From Patescibacteria group bacterium (GTDB lineage Bacteria; Patescibacteriota; Patescibacteriia; Veblenbacterales; UBA10138), in assembly GCA_041645215.1 (NCBI GenBank), contig JBAZQK010000005.1, positions 23,562 through 87,561 on the forward strand: a DNA stretch of 64,000 nucleotides. Direction: 5' to 3'. The notes under the pieces are model-generated. The model made no database searches. It saw only the letters and a program-made list of their open reading frames with translations, and was not told the DNA's origin. Below, piece after piece: positions 1-9,009 of this stretch. Made by a program: the position numbers and the translations under genes. The stretch's first letter is position 1; each line of letters begins with the position of its first letter.

Positions 1-549
1 ATCAGATTTAAAGAAAATAGTTTAGAATCAGAAAAGTCTCTTGAAAAGATGGTTGATGAAATGCTGGATAAAATGGTTTACTCAGGTGGCGTTCGTTTAT
101 ATATTAATAATAAGGGAAATCAAGGAGAAGAGCCCCTTGGTTATTATCCTCCTTCTGGGTTACATGGGAAATATGAGCCTATAGTTTCTGACTCAAAAGT
201 AGACTCTCTTATTTCCTATAAGGGAGATGCTGGAGATAATATGTTTGATTTTGATATGACACATTCTTCTTACGGTAAAAAAGGAGAAGACATTTTTCAA
301 ATACACGTTATTTGGCCTAGTAAAAGACAGGATCAAAATATTAAGATTAATTCAGATGATTTATTAGAAGGTTTAAAAAAACTTTTTGAGTCTGAATATA
401 AAAAAAAGTTTCCAGAAAGTGAGTTTCTAAAGAAATATAAAGAAGATATGGTATTTTGTTCTAAACTCGATGCGTTATTAGATACAATTGTGGTACGAAT
501 TGTTGCTTCACTTGAAAAATACCCAATAGTAAAAGTTAATCTAGGTTAA
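1..549 (+). CDS. Hypothetical protein, 5'-truncated by the window edge
   Basis: Frame +1 is open from base 1 to TAA at 547-549. AT-rich, no recognisable motif, followed by a hairpin and T-run. Confidence 0.6.
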   Translation: MRFKENSLESEKSLEKMVDEMLDKMVYSGGVRLYINNKGNQGEEPLGYYPPSGLHGKYEPIVSDSKVDSLISYKGDAGDNMFDFDMTHSSYGKKGEDIFQIHVIWPSKRQDQNIKINSDDLLEGLKKLFESEYKKKFPESEFLKKYKEDMVFCSKLDALLDTIVVRIVASLEKYPIVKVNLG

Positions 550-586
550 TTTATGAAAATTTTTTAGATAGTTTAATAAATAAATT

Positions 587-616
587 AACCCTCTCCATTA
601 CAGAAGAGGGTTTTTA
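587..616 (+). terminator. Rho-independent terminator
   Basis: AACCCTCT...AGAGGGTT stem followed by TTT. Confidence 0.6.
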
Positions 617-712
617 ATTGTAGTTAAAAAATTGTTTAGTCTTCGTCATCCTCAATTTCGTCTGCTAGAGATTTTTTAGGCTCTATTCCGCTGCCCTTGC
701 AATACGGGCAGG

Positions 713-1609
713 TTAATTTTTTACCGCTGTGAGGGTTAGTTGAGGTAAATCAAATAGTACTGTAGCCTTATCAATCTTGAAATACCAGCCAAGAATGTTA
801 ACTCTTTGATTAATTAATTCTTGGTTTAATTTTTGGACAAAGGTTCTTTTTTCGCTTTCGCTGGTACCCGAGAATAGGCTGTTTGTACAATAGATTTGTA
901 GAGATTCAATAACCTTTTTATAATCACAATTTAAACTCCGATCTAATTTATCAAATAAAATGTTAGCTTGAATTGTTAGGATTACGTCTCTTATCCCTCC
1001 CTCTAAACATTTAATATTGCCTATGGGCTGTAATTCAATTTTTTGTGATTCATGGAATAAGGTCGGCACATTAATTGGTATTATTTGGTTAAATTTGAAC
1101 TTATCGCCTTTCAGTAAAACTTGATTCCTTTTTATTATTACTTGATTTTCACCTACTATGAATGTGTTATTCAACACATTAAACTGTAATACTACACTTA
1201 TTGAAACAAGTATAAAGGCGAAGGCGTTAAAGTAATTAGAGAAGTTAGTATTATTGTTACTTAATATCAAGTAGCTTATTGGTAACATTAATACTGTGGC
1301 TATAGGCATGGCGGTTTTTCTCAAGGTTTTGGTCATTGCCGGATTTATTATTTTTAACGGTTGTGGATGGAGTGTGAAAGCTGTTTCAATTTTTCCAAAC
1401 ATCCAATGGTTAATAATAAGTCCCCAAATAAAACCAAAGAATGCAGAGGTAATGAAGAGTAGCGTGTTTTCATTTTGTGACAGCCGCAATATCACGCTAC
1501 AGAATAGTTGAACAATTAGCCAAATTACCATACCCATTAGGATACTGATTATTCCGGATAGGGTGTAGGGTTTGTAATAGTTTGTTAAGGAAATATTTTT
1601 GCTAAGCAT
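713..1609 (-). CDS. Hypothetical membrane protein (4 predicted TM helices plus soluble C-terminal part)
   Basis: 298-aa ORF with four hydrophobic segments in the N-terminal half. Confidence 0.7.
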   Translation of the reverse strand: MLSKNISLTNYYKPYTLSGIISILMGMVIWLIVQLFCSVILRLSQNENTLLFITSAFFGFIWGLIINHWMFGKIETAFTLHPQPLKIINPAMTKTLRKTAMPIATVLMLPISYLILSNNNTNFSNYFNAFAFILVSISVVLQFNVLNNTFIVGENQVIIKRNQVLLKGDKFKFNQIIPINVPTLFHESQKIELQPIGNIKCLEGGIRDVILTIQANILFDKLDRSLNCDYKKVIESLQIYCTNSLFSGTSESEKRTFVQKLNQELINQRVNILGWYFKIDKATVLFDLPQLTLTAVKN

Positions 1610-1722
1610 GGATTCCTCCTCGTTGATGTTTGTTTTATTTGGTTATACCTTAGTTTAATTTAGTTTATTTGTCAACCAGAACACTCCACCATTAATAATG
1701 GTGATTTTTTTTATCTTACTTC

Positions 1723-1772
1723 TATCTAGCAACTGCTTCGCTGCTCGCGAGCAGCGAAGCAGTTGCTAGATA
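1723..1772. repeat. Perfect 50-bp palindrome, with a related hairpin at 41724-41766
   Basis: TATCTAGCAACTGCTTCGCTGCTCG|CGAGCAGCGAAGCAGTTGCTAGATA. Confidence 0.85.
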
Positions 1773-1798
1773 AGTGATGACGGTTCTTGTACAAACCG

Positions 1799-1827
1799 TT
1801 GACAGTCCAGCTAAAGGGTGGTAAAAA
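1799..1827 (+). promoter_or_regulatory. Sigma70-type promoter
   Basis: TTGACA-17-TAAAAA with TG extension. AGGAGG RBS before the TTG start at 1888. Confidence 0.55.
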
Positions 1828-1887
1828 GAAAGGTAAATAAACACTGAAGTTTAACAATAAATGTCAAATAAGCCATAGGAGGATAAA

Positions 1888-2556
1888 TTGGCCATACTAG
1901 AGAAGGACAAGTCGTTTGTATTAGTAGTACTTGGAAAAAATTGGGTGGAATATCCGTCTAAAAATCCACCAGCTGGTTGGAAGCTGGAATTAAGCCGAGA
2001 TTCAAAAGTTACGGCCCTGGCCGCCGGAGTATTGGCTGAAAAGTATCATGGAATAAAAAAGATAATTTTTGTCACTGGTCATACGGCCGGCAAAGATTGG
2101 CCAACCGGGGCTGAAGAAATGCACAAGTACGCTTCAGACTATTTCCCAGTATTAAGAGGCAATAAAGTTCTTTGTGAAACCGAAAGTATAGATACGGCGC
2201 AAGGGGCGGAAAAGGTAAGAACAATTTTGGCTGAACGTAATTTGTTGGATGAAGTGGTTGTACTTTTAACCGTGGGCTATCATTGTAAAAGAGCACTTAA
2301 GATTCATAAAAACTTCGGGTTTAAAAATATTATTTACTATAAATCCGAAAGTGTTTTGGCTGAAAGTTTTAACTCTGCGAATGCTAAACGTGTTTGTTGG
2401 AAAGCTTTGAAAGATTACAGGAATTATAGTCTGTTGCGCAAATTCAAAAAGTGGCTGGAGGAGGTAATATTAAGACTAGTCTTAATATTTGACCCTTACG
2501 GCCGCAAATTGCGGGGTGTAACAAATATAATTTGTCATCAAAAGGAGGTAAAATAA
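1888..2556 (+). CDS. YdcF/DUF218 family protein
   Basis: VVLG, IIFVTGHT, AEEM, ETESIDT, VGYHCKRA match the DUF218 (SanA/ElyC/YdcF) motif pattern. Confidence 0.75.
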   Translation: MAILEKDKSFVLVVLGKNWVEYPSKNPPAGWKLELSRDSKVTALAAGVLAEKYHGIKKIIFVTGHTAGKDWPTGAEEMHKYASDYFPVLRGNKVLCETESIDTAQGAEKVRTILAERNLLDEVVVLLTVGYHCKRALKIHKNFGFKNIIYYKSESVLAESFNSANAKRVCWKALKDYRNYSLLRKFKKWLEEVILRLVLIFDPYGRKLRGVTNIICHQKEVK

Positions 2557-2557
2557 A

Positions 2558-2974
2558 ATGAAAATATCTAAGAAGTTTCTTGGTTGGATTATTGGCTTGG
2601 GGGTGTTAGTAATTGTTGTTGGTTTGTTTATTGAATATCACTATCGTAATTATTCTTATACGGTTAGTGTAGGAAGAATAGAAAATGTGAAATATATTCT
2701 TACGCACGAACGTGGCGATTATACCATATCAGCCCAAAAATCATTTTCTAGCGATGAATTAGTAGACATTAACGTCCATTCTTATAATATAAGAAAATTT
2801 ACAGACGTTCCGAGTTGGCAGCTGCGCTGGGTTGCTTATAAAAGAATTTATAAAGACCCCGGTGGCGTAGTAATGGATGAATATGAATTTCATCTTAATT
2901 ACGACGCTGATATTGGCGGAGCCGGTTGGAACCATGGTAAGCGGGGTCATGGGCGGACTGCAGTAATTTATTAA
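2558..2974 (+). CDS. Hypothetical protein with N-terminal membrane anchor
   Basis: AAGGAGG RBS, 138 aa, one TM helix, terminator at 3002-3033. Confidence 0.7.
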   Translation: MKISKKFLGWIIGLGVLVIVVGLFIEYHYRNYSYTVSVGRIENVKYILTHERGDYTISAQKSFSSDELVDINVHSYNIRKFTDVPSWQLRWVAYKRIYKDPGGVVMDEYEFHLNYDADIGGAGWNHGKRGHGRTAVIY

Positions 2975-3095
2975 AAGTTTAAATCAAAAAATTTTTACTC
3001 CGAGTGGATTCAAATTTGAATCCACTCTTTTTTATTTAAATAAAAAGACCTAGACAACTAGGCCTTTTTATAATTGTACGGTGTTTAATGCCTGT

Positions 3096-3662
3096 CTAGG
3101 CCCGTTCCACGTAGTCGCCGGTTTCGGTGTTCACGACTATCATCTCATCATTCTTTATGAACAGTGGCACGTTGATAGTAATGCCGGTTTCCAGCTTGGC
3201 CTGCTTAGAACCGCCGGTAGCGGTATCGCCTTTAACGCCGGGTGGAGTTTCCACTACCTTGAGTTTAACTTTTTTCGGCAATTCCACGTTAATCGGTATA
3301 TTATTAAAATTAAGAATATTAACCTCCACGCCGTCGGTCAGGTAACCAACCTGTTCACCGAGCGCCTCGCGGGTAAAATCAAATTGTTCAAATGTCGTCT
3401 GGTTCATAAAGTGACAGCCAGCTTCGTCCGCATAAAGAAAATCAGCCCGCACCCGGGCCATATCAGCCTCTTCTACTTTATCGCCTGGTTTAAAGGTTTG
3501 TTCCAATACTTTGCCGTTAAGCAGATTCCTCAACTTAGTCCGCATGACCGGTTTGCGCTGGGCGGTGCGCATAAACGACGCTTCCAGTATCTGGTAGGGA
3601 TCGTCGTTAACCAGAATATTAAGGCCAATTTTAATGGAGTTGAGCGATGGTAATACCGCCAT
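3096..3662 (-). CDS. efp: Translation elongation factor P
   Basis: RTKLRNL, PGVKGDTA.G..K.AKLETG, VPLFI and TGDYVERA. Start moved to the ATG at 3662. Confidence 0.95.
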   Translation of the reverse strand: MAVLPSLNSIKIGLNILVNDDPYQILEASFMRTAQRKPVMRTKLRNLLNGKVLEQTFKPGDKVEEADMARVRADFLYADEAGCHFMNQTTFEQFDFTREALGEQVGYLTDGVEVNILNFNNIPINVELPKKVKLKVVETPPGVKGDTATGGSKQAKLETGITINVPLFIKNDEMIVVNTETGDYVERA

Positions 3663-3680
3663 AAATATTAGATGAAACAA

Positions 3681-3917
3681 TTATCTGGCGACAAACGGAA
3701 TTAAGGCCATCATGCGTGAACGCTTAATGGCTGTGGCCAATTTGCGTTGGTGCTTCATACAGCTGCCGGTGCGGCGGCGCGGCAGAATCTTGCCGTAGCC
3801 AGACAGGAATTTTTGCAAAATACGCGTATCTTTATAATCAACCTCGTTAAACCCGTTTACGCAAAAGTAGCATTCGCGGGTTTTCATAATAGGCTGTGAT
3901 TTTTTATTACTATTCAT
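3681..3917 (-). CDS. rpsR: 30S ribosomal protein S18
   Basis: CYFC, VDYKD, GKILPRRRTG, HQRKLATAIKRSR. Confidence 0.97.
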   Translation of the reverse strand: MNSNKKSQPIMKTRECYFCVNGFNEVDYKDTRILQKFLSGYGKILPRRRTGSCMKHQRKLATAIKRSRMMALIPFVAR

Positions 3918-3963
3918 AGCAATCTTAAATAATTACCCTCTAGGCGTGATTATGGTTTAGTTA

Positions 3964-4392
3964 TTAAAAAGGTATTTCCTCAATGTTAGTCTCGGTTTCC
4001 GTGGCGTTGCCGTCGGCTACAATAGTTGTATCTTCAACCGGACTTTCTGCGGCTGGTGCGTTAGCCCGATCAAGCATAATCATATTGTCGGCAATAATTT
4101 CGGTGCGCCAATGTTTTTGGCCTTGAGCGTCGTCCCAGGAACGGGTTTGAATACGTCCTTCAATAAAAACTTTGGCGCCTTTTTTTAAATACTGGGCGCA
4201 GATTTCGCCTAATTTTCGCCAGGCGACAACATTGTGATATTCAGTTTTTTCCTGGCGTTCACCGGCCGCGTTTACCCAACGCAGATTAGTGGCTACGCTA
4301 AAAGTAGTTACATTGGTTCCCTGGGGGGTAGTGCGACTTTCGGGGTCGCGGGTAATGTTACCCAGTATCATGGCTTTGTTAAGATAGTTCAT
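3964..4392 (-). CDS. ssb: Single-stranded DNA-binding protein
   Basis: LNKAMILGNITRDPE OB fold, C-terminal EEIPF, located in rpsF-ssb-rpsR. Confidence 0.97.
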   Translation of the reverse strand: MNYLNKAMILGNITRDPESRTTPQGTNVTTFSVATNLRWVNAAGERQEKTEYHNVVAWRKLGEICAQYLKKGAKVFIEGRIQTRSWDDAQGQKHWRTEIIADNMIMLDRANAPAAESPVEDTTIVADGNATETETNIEEIPF

Positions 4393-4458
4393 AAATTAAT
4401 CCTTTGTCGCCGGCTGGCCTGTGTGACAGGTGCCGACGCTAAGCCAATAAGATTTAGT

Positions 4459-4953
4459 TTATTTGACAATTTCTTTTTTTAAAATTTCCTCCAGCCGTTT
4501 GTCCAGTTCATCAAGTTCAACTTTAGTCTTTTCAACCCTTACGGTCTTGGTTGTGGTTTTAGGGCGTTGGGGGGCGCTGGCCGCCAATTCATCAGCCTCA
4601 TTTTTAGCTTGTAGTCGGCCCAGTTTTTCCTGGAAAGCTTTTTCACGAGCAATTTGTTCCGGCGTTTTTTTCTGTTTGCTTAAAATTTGTGACCGCAGTA
4701 TTTCGCTGGATAAACGCAACCAATTAGTGATGCGGGCCAAATTCGTCGGCTCTAAATCAAATTCAATTACGACATGGGTTCCATGACGCAAATGATTAAT
4801 AGCATAAGCTAATTTGCGTTTACCCAAGTCCTCTTCCATGGTAATTTCAGCTTTGTTTTCCAACAACATAGCCCTGATTTTTTCTTGGATAGCGGCTTCG
4901 TCATTAACACCGACCTTTGCCGGAATAATGTACATTAGTTCGTAGTGCTTCAT
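4459..4953 (-). CDS. rpsF: 30S ribosomal protein S6 with C-terminal extension
   Basis: MKHYELMYII, LGKRKLAYAI, operon context. Confidence 0.95.
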   Translation of the reverse strand: MKHYELMYIIPAKVGVNDEAAIQEKIRAMLLENKAEITMEEDLGKRKLAYAINHLRHGTHVVIEFDLEPTNLARITNWLRLSSEILRSQILSKQKKTPEQIAREKAFQEKLGRLQAKNEADELAASAPQRPKTTTKTVRVEKTKVELDELDKRLEEILKKEIVK

Positions 4954-5174
4954 AGGGTTAATTTAGGTAAATAAAAAACGCTTGTTTAATGTGCCCTTAA
5001 GAGTAAAACCCCTCTAACCCTCAAGGAATCCGCCTTCGGGCGGAATATGGCGCGCTTATTTGCTAAGCGCTTAATGTGCGGTTAGATTAGCACAGGTCGC
5101 ATATAAACGCAAGATTGGTTGAAGCTAAGGTTTATGTACTTTTACAAACAGTTTTTATGTGATAGCTTACTATT

Positions 5175-6377
5175 ATGGTTCAACCATATTTATTTATCTT
5201 AGGTCGCCAGCCAGCTCTTAGTGTCGCCGAGATAGCGGCGGTGGCCAAGCGGCGGCAAATTAATTTGACTTGGCGCAAGATAACCCCGCTTTATGCTATG
5301 GTGGAGGCTGATTTGCCTGGTGATTTTTTTAACGATCTGGCTGGTACGATAAAATTAGCCGAGGTGCTAGGCGAGGTTGATTATAAACCCGAGGCTATTA
5401 AGGCGGCCGTTTATAAACAATTATCAGGTTTTGTTGATGAGTGTTTGTTTGGCTTTAGTTGGTATGGTCGTCGTCCGCCTCGTTGGTTGCGCGGAATAGG
5501 CATGGAGCTGAAACGTCAACTTAAAGAGTCGGGCGGGCATGTTAGATTGGTTGAATCACGCGACAATGTTTTATCTTCGGTGGTAGTAAAGAAAAATCAT
5601 TTATTGCCGCCGCGTGGCAGCGACCTAATTTTGTTACCTTTGAGTGCGGACAAGGTATTGATGGCTTTGACCGTGCGCGTGCAAGAATTTGCCGACTGGG
5701 CCGAGCGCGATTACGGCCGGCCGGCTCGTGATGCACAGGTTGGTATGTTGCCGCCTAAGTTAGCTCATTTAATGGTTAATCTGGCCCAAAGCCAATTGAC
5801 TGATGCTTTGTTGGATCCGTTTTGCGGTTCGGGTACGGTTTTACAGGAAGCCGCCAGCCTTGGTTTTAAGGTTTTGTGGGGCGCTGATATTGACGATAAA
5901 GGCATTAAACGCACTGAAACCAATTTAAAATGGTTAAAACAAGCTCAACCGAAGTGGGAGTTTGATTGGCATTTGTTAGTGGCTGATGTGCGGCAATTAG
6001 CCAATCATATTAACGACATTAAGTTTGGCGCCGTGGTGACGGAGCCGTATCTGGGCCCGCCGCGACGGTTTAAAGATATGAACCAGTATCGTCAAGTTGA
6101 AAGCGAGTTGCTGAATTTGTATGGCGCGACTTTAAAAACCTTGTTTAATTTGGTAAAGCCAGGTGGCCGTTTAGTCATGATTTGGCCATTGTTTAATAGC
6201 GGTAGCCGTCAATATGCCTTGCCGTTAACAGGGGAGGCAAAAAAAATTGGTTGGATAATTGAAAATTGTTTGCCCGCGGCCGTGCCGGTGGAGTGGGTAA
6301 ATCTTCGTCATACGCTTATATACGAACGCCCGGACCAAAGAGTCGGGCGGGAAATAGTCGTCTTACGAAAGGTATAA
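5175..6377 (+). CDS. SAM-dependent RNA methyltransferase (Trm11/UPF0020-like)
   Basis: GMLPPKLAHLMVNL, LDPFCGSGTVLQEA, VTEPYLG. Confidence 0.8.
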   Translation: MVQPYLFILGRQPALSVAEIAAVAKRRQINLTWRKITPLYAMVEADLPGDFFNDLAGTIKLAEVLGEVDYKPEAIKAAVYKQLSGFVDECLFGFSWYGRRPPRWLRGIGMELKRQLKESGGHVRLVESRDNVLSSVVVKKNHLLPPRGSDLILLPLSADKVLMALTVRVQEFADWAERDYGRPARDAQVGMLPPKLAHLMVNLAQSQLTDALLDPFCGSGTVLQEAASLGFKVLWGADIDDKGIKRTETNLKWLKQAQPKWEFDWHLLVADVRQLANHINDIKFGAVVTEPYLGPPRRFKDMNQYRQVESELLNLYGATLKTLFNLVKPGGRLVMIWPLFNSGSRQYALPLTGEAKKIGWIIENCLPAAVPVEWVNLRHTLIYERPDQRVGREIVVLRKV

Positions 6378-6419
6378 TTTGGCAAAGTTGGAAATATTTG
6401 GTAGAGTAAGATATAATTA

Positions 6420-6556
6420 GAATTTAAAATGTAAATATCTCCGCCAAAGGCGGATCTGCCTCGGGCATGAAAAAATTAAAATGACAATGTAAAATAAAAA
6501 ATGGTTAGTCAAGTATTTCTATAATTTTGCATTTTGATTTTTCAATTTTGAATTAA
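6420..6556. repeat. Heptamer-arm inverted element with a nested TCCGCC...GGCGGA palindrome
   Basis: A-rich 7-mer arm (AAAATGT/AAATATC/AAAATTA) and complementary T-rich arm (TTTTGCA TTTTGAT TTTTCAA). CTCCGCCAAAGGCGGATCTGCC sits inside the left arm. Confidence 0.65.
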
Positions 6557-6558
6557 CT

Positions 6559-7569
6559 ATGATTCATTATCGCAATCGTTTAGGTATAGAACTTATAGAT
6601 TTGCATATCCATGTGGGTGGCGCTGTGGCGCCGCACATTATGTGGGAAATTGCGCATAAGCAAGGCTTAAAATTACCGGTAAAAAATTACTGGGATTTTT
6701 GGAAACTAATTACGGCCACGGATGAAACGGTTAATAGTTTGGAAGAGTATGTGGATATAATGCACCGTTGGACTGAGAAAATTCAATCCAGTCCCGAGGC
6801 GGTGGAGCGGTGTGTTTATTCGATTTTGGCCAAAGAGTACCGTTCGTCCAATGTTAACCAGATTGAAGTCCGTTTTAATCCCATGAAGCGTAATAAAGGT
6901 GGCGAGATGGATTTGGACCATATTATTCAAGCCGCTTTGCATGGTATGGATAAGGCTAGTTTGGATTATGGCGTGAAAGCTGGTTTGTTATTTTGCTTGG
7001 CGCGTGAATTCCCCTTTGAGCTGAATGAGATTATTGTGCGTAAAGCCATTAAGTATATGTCCTGGGGTGTGGTGGGTATAGATATTGCCGGTCCGGAAAA
7101 GCACACTTTTGAACAAGACCCGGATTTTGTTAGCTATCGAAAGTTATTTGCCGAAGCGCGAGCGGTTGGTTTAGGTTTAACCGTGCATACTGGCGAGACT
7201 AATGCCACGGGACCGGCGAGCGTGCGCCAAGTACTTAAAGATATTAAACCCGAGCGAATTGGCCACGGTATTCAGGCGGTCAAAGATGAGGCCTTGCTTA
7301 AAGAGCTGGCGGCGGCCGGAACCGTGCTGGAAATATGTCCATCTTCCAATTTGCAAACCAAAGCTGTAAAAGATGTGGCGGAATTGAAAGATATTATTTT
7401 TAAACTAAAAGAGTTTGGCGTTAAGTTCACCATTAATACCGATGGCCCTTACCTTTTAAACAGCAATATGAAAAAGGAGATTGAGTTGTTGTTGCAGAAC
7501 GAAATTATGACCGAAGCGGAACTTAAGGCTGCTTTTGACCTCGCCCGTCAAGTCAGCTTTATAAAGTAG
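6559..7569 (+). CDS. add: Adenosine deaminase family protein
   Basis: DLHIH, TVHTGE, RIGHGI, LEICPSSN, INTDGP. Confidence 0.9.
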   Translation: MIHYRNRLGIELIDLHIHVGGAVAPHIMWEIAHKQGLKLPVKNYWDFWKLITATDETVNSLEEYVDIMHRWTEKIQSSPEAVERCVYSILAKEYRSSNVNQIEVRFNPMKRNKGGEMDLDHIIQAALHGMDKASLDYGVKAGLLFCLAREFPFELNEIIVRKAIKYMSWGVVGIDIAGPEKHTFEQDPDFVSYRKLFAEARAVGLGLTVHTGETNATGPASVRQVLKDIKPERIGHGIQAVKDEALLKELAAAGTVLEICPSSNLQTKAVKDVAELKDIIFKLKEFGVKFTINTDGPYLLNSNMKKEIELLLQNEIMTEAELKAAFDLARQVSFIK

Positions 7570-8016
7570 ATGGATATGCCGGCTAAAAAAATATACGAAG
7601 GCGCGGTAGTCATATTTTATCAAATAAAAAATGGCCAGCCGTTATTTTTGGTAGTGCAGAATACTAAAACCGGCAATACTGCTTTTGTAGCTGGCGCTAA
7701 AGAGGATTATGATAATTCCTTGCTCGCTACGGCGCAGCGGGAAATTAAAGAAGAATTGGGTTTTGATAAAAATCAATATCAGCTGATTTCAACTGAAATA
7801 AAGTACGAATTTATATTTGGGCCACAGAAAAAAGAACGAGCCGGGGCGACTGGCCATTATCAAGTATTTTTAGGCAAGTTTTACAATCCACTGGAAATTT
7901 CTTATACTCCGGAGTTAAAGACTGTTAAATGGCTGACCAGTGATCAAACACTGGAAGTTTTAACCTTTCAGGACTTAAAAGAGGTTTTTGGCAAAGTTAG
8001 AAATCTAATGCCATAA
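7570..8016 (+). CDS. NUDIX hydrolase
   Basis: AGAKEDYDNSLLATAQREIKEELG Nudix box. Confidence 0.85.
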   Translation: MDMPAKKIYEGAVVIFYQIKNGQPLFLVVQNTKTGNTAFVAGAKEDYDNSLLATAQREIKEELGFDKNQYQLISTEIKYEFIFGPQKKERAGATGHYQVFLGKFYNPLEISYTPELKTVKWLTSDQTLEVLTFQDLKEVFGKVRNLMP

Positions 8017-8094
8017 GTCATCTGTGACCCGAGTGTACTTATTGTTTTTTCTTGTATCAGCGTGTTAACACATTAATACAAGACAAATAGTAAG

Positions 8095-8844
8095 TTATTT
8101 AAGGTTTGATAAGCCAATAACGGCGGCGAATCTTTTTTCCGGCAGGTTGGTTTGTTTAGCGCGATAGTGGGAAAAGAATTTATCGCTATGAGCCGTGCAG
8201 TCAGGACTAATGTGGAGTTTATTTTTAGTAACGCCGGAGGCTAGCAATTGTTGGGCGGCAAAACCAACCAAGTCAATATGAATTAAATTATTTTTGCTGG
8301 TTAAAAAATTTTGCCAAGTCGGGTTACCTATTTGTTCAATTTCGTTGTAAGCGTAGCAGCAGCTCTTGATAGCCGGTCCAATGCCCGCCACCAAATCACT
8401 TGGTTTAGTATTATAAAACTCGGTCATAGCTTTAATGGTTTTGCTGATTATTTGTAAATTGGCATTTTTCCTACCCACATGCACTAAAGCCGCCGCCTGA
8501 TTCATTGAGTCATACAACATTACTGATAAGCAGTCGGCGACTATGTGCCACAAATACAAACCCAATTCGTTGGTGATTAAACAGTCACTTTTGAGTTGGT
8601 AGTTGTCTTGCAGTACGCCACAGCCAGCATCAGCGGCCGTGACTTTAATAATTTTGTCGCTGTGCGCCAGTTCCGCGCTAACCACGCGGCTTGGGTGAAT
8701 ATTTAAGTCAGATAAAAATTTTTGCCGGTTTTGCCGCACTTCGCTGGCTTGCCCCCATTTAAACGACATATTGCCGTCAGTTGCTGTAGAAAAAGCGTGA
8801 AAAAGTTTGTTATATCTTGTTAGTTCAGAAATTTGGTAGAGCAT
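8095..8844 (-). CDS. YfiH/PgeF (laccase-domain, purine nucleoside enzyme) family protein
   Basis: GNMSF, ADCL, VHVG, IGPAI..CCY, FFSHYR. Confidence 0.88.
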   Translation of the reverse strand: MLYQISELTRYNKLFHAFSTATDGNMSFKWGQASEVRQNRQKFLSDLNIHPSRVVSAELAHSDKIIKVTAADAGCGVLQDNYQLKSDCLITNELGLYLWHIVADCLSVMLYDSMNQAAALVHVGRKNANLQIISKTIKAMTEFYNTKPSDLVAGIGPAIKSCCYAYNEIEQIGNPTWQNFLTSKNNLIHIDLVGFAAQQLLASGVTKNKLHISPDCTAHSDKFFSHYRAKQTNLPEKRFAAVIGLSNLK

Positions 8845-8848
8845 AATG

Positions 8849-9008
8849 GAAAAATCCTAATTTCTAATATCTAATTTCTAAATAAATCCAAAATCGTAAT
8901 TTCCAAGCTAACTTAAGAACCGTTGATTTATTAGTTATGAAGAACTTTGATATTATTTAGGATTTATTTTTCTTATTCTTGATTCTTAATTCGTGATTCG
9001 TAATTCTT
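8849..9008. repeat. Heptamer-periodic repeat tracts
   Basis: AATTTCT AATATCT AATTTCT and ATTCTTG ATTCTTA ATTCGTG ATTCGTA. A similar tract lies at 23590-23680. Confidence 0.6.
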
Positions 9009-9009
9009 T

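Noticed and set aside
4954-5085. S6:S18 ribosomal leader RNA
   Set aside because: Hairpins are present upstream of rpsF but I could not match the conserved motif by eye. An Rfam search is needed.
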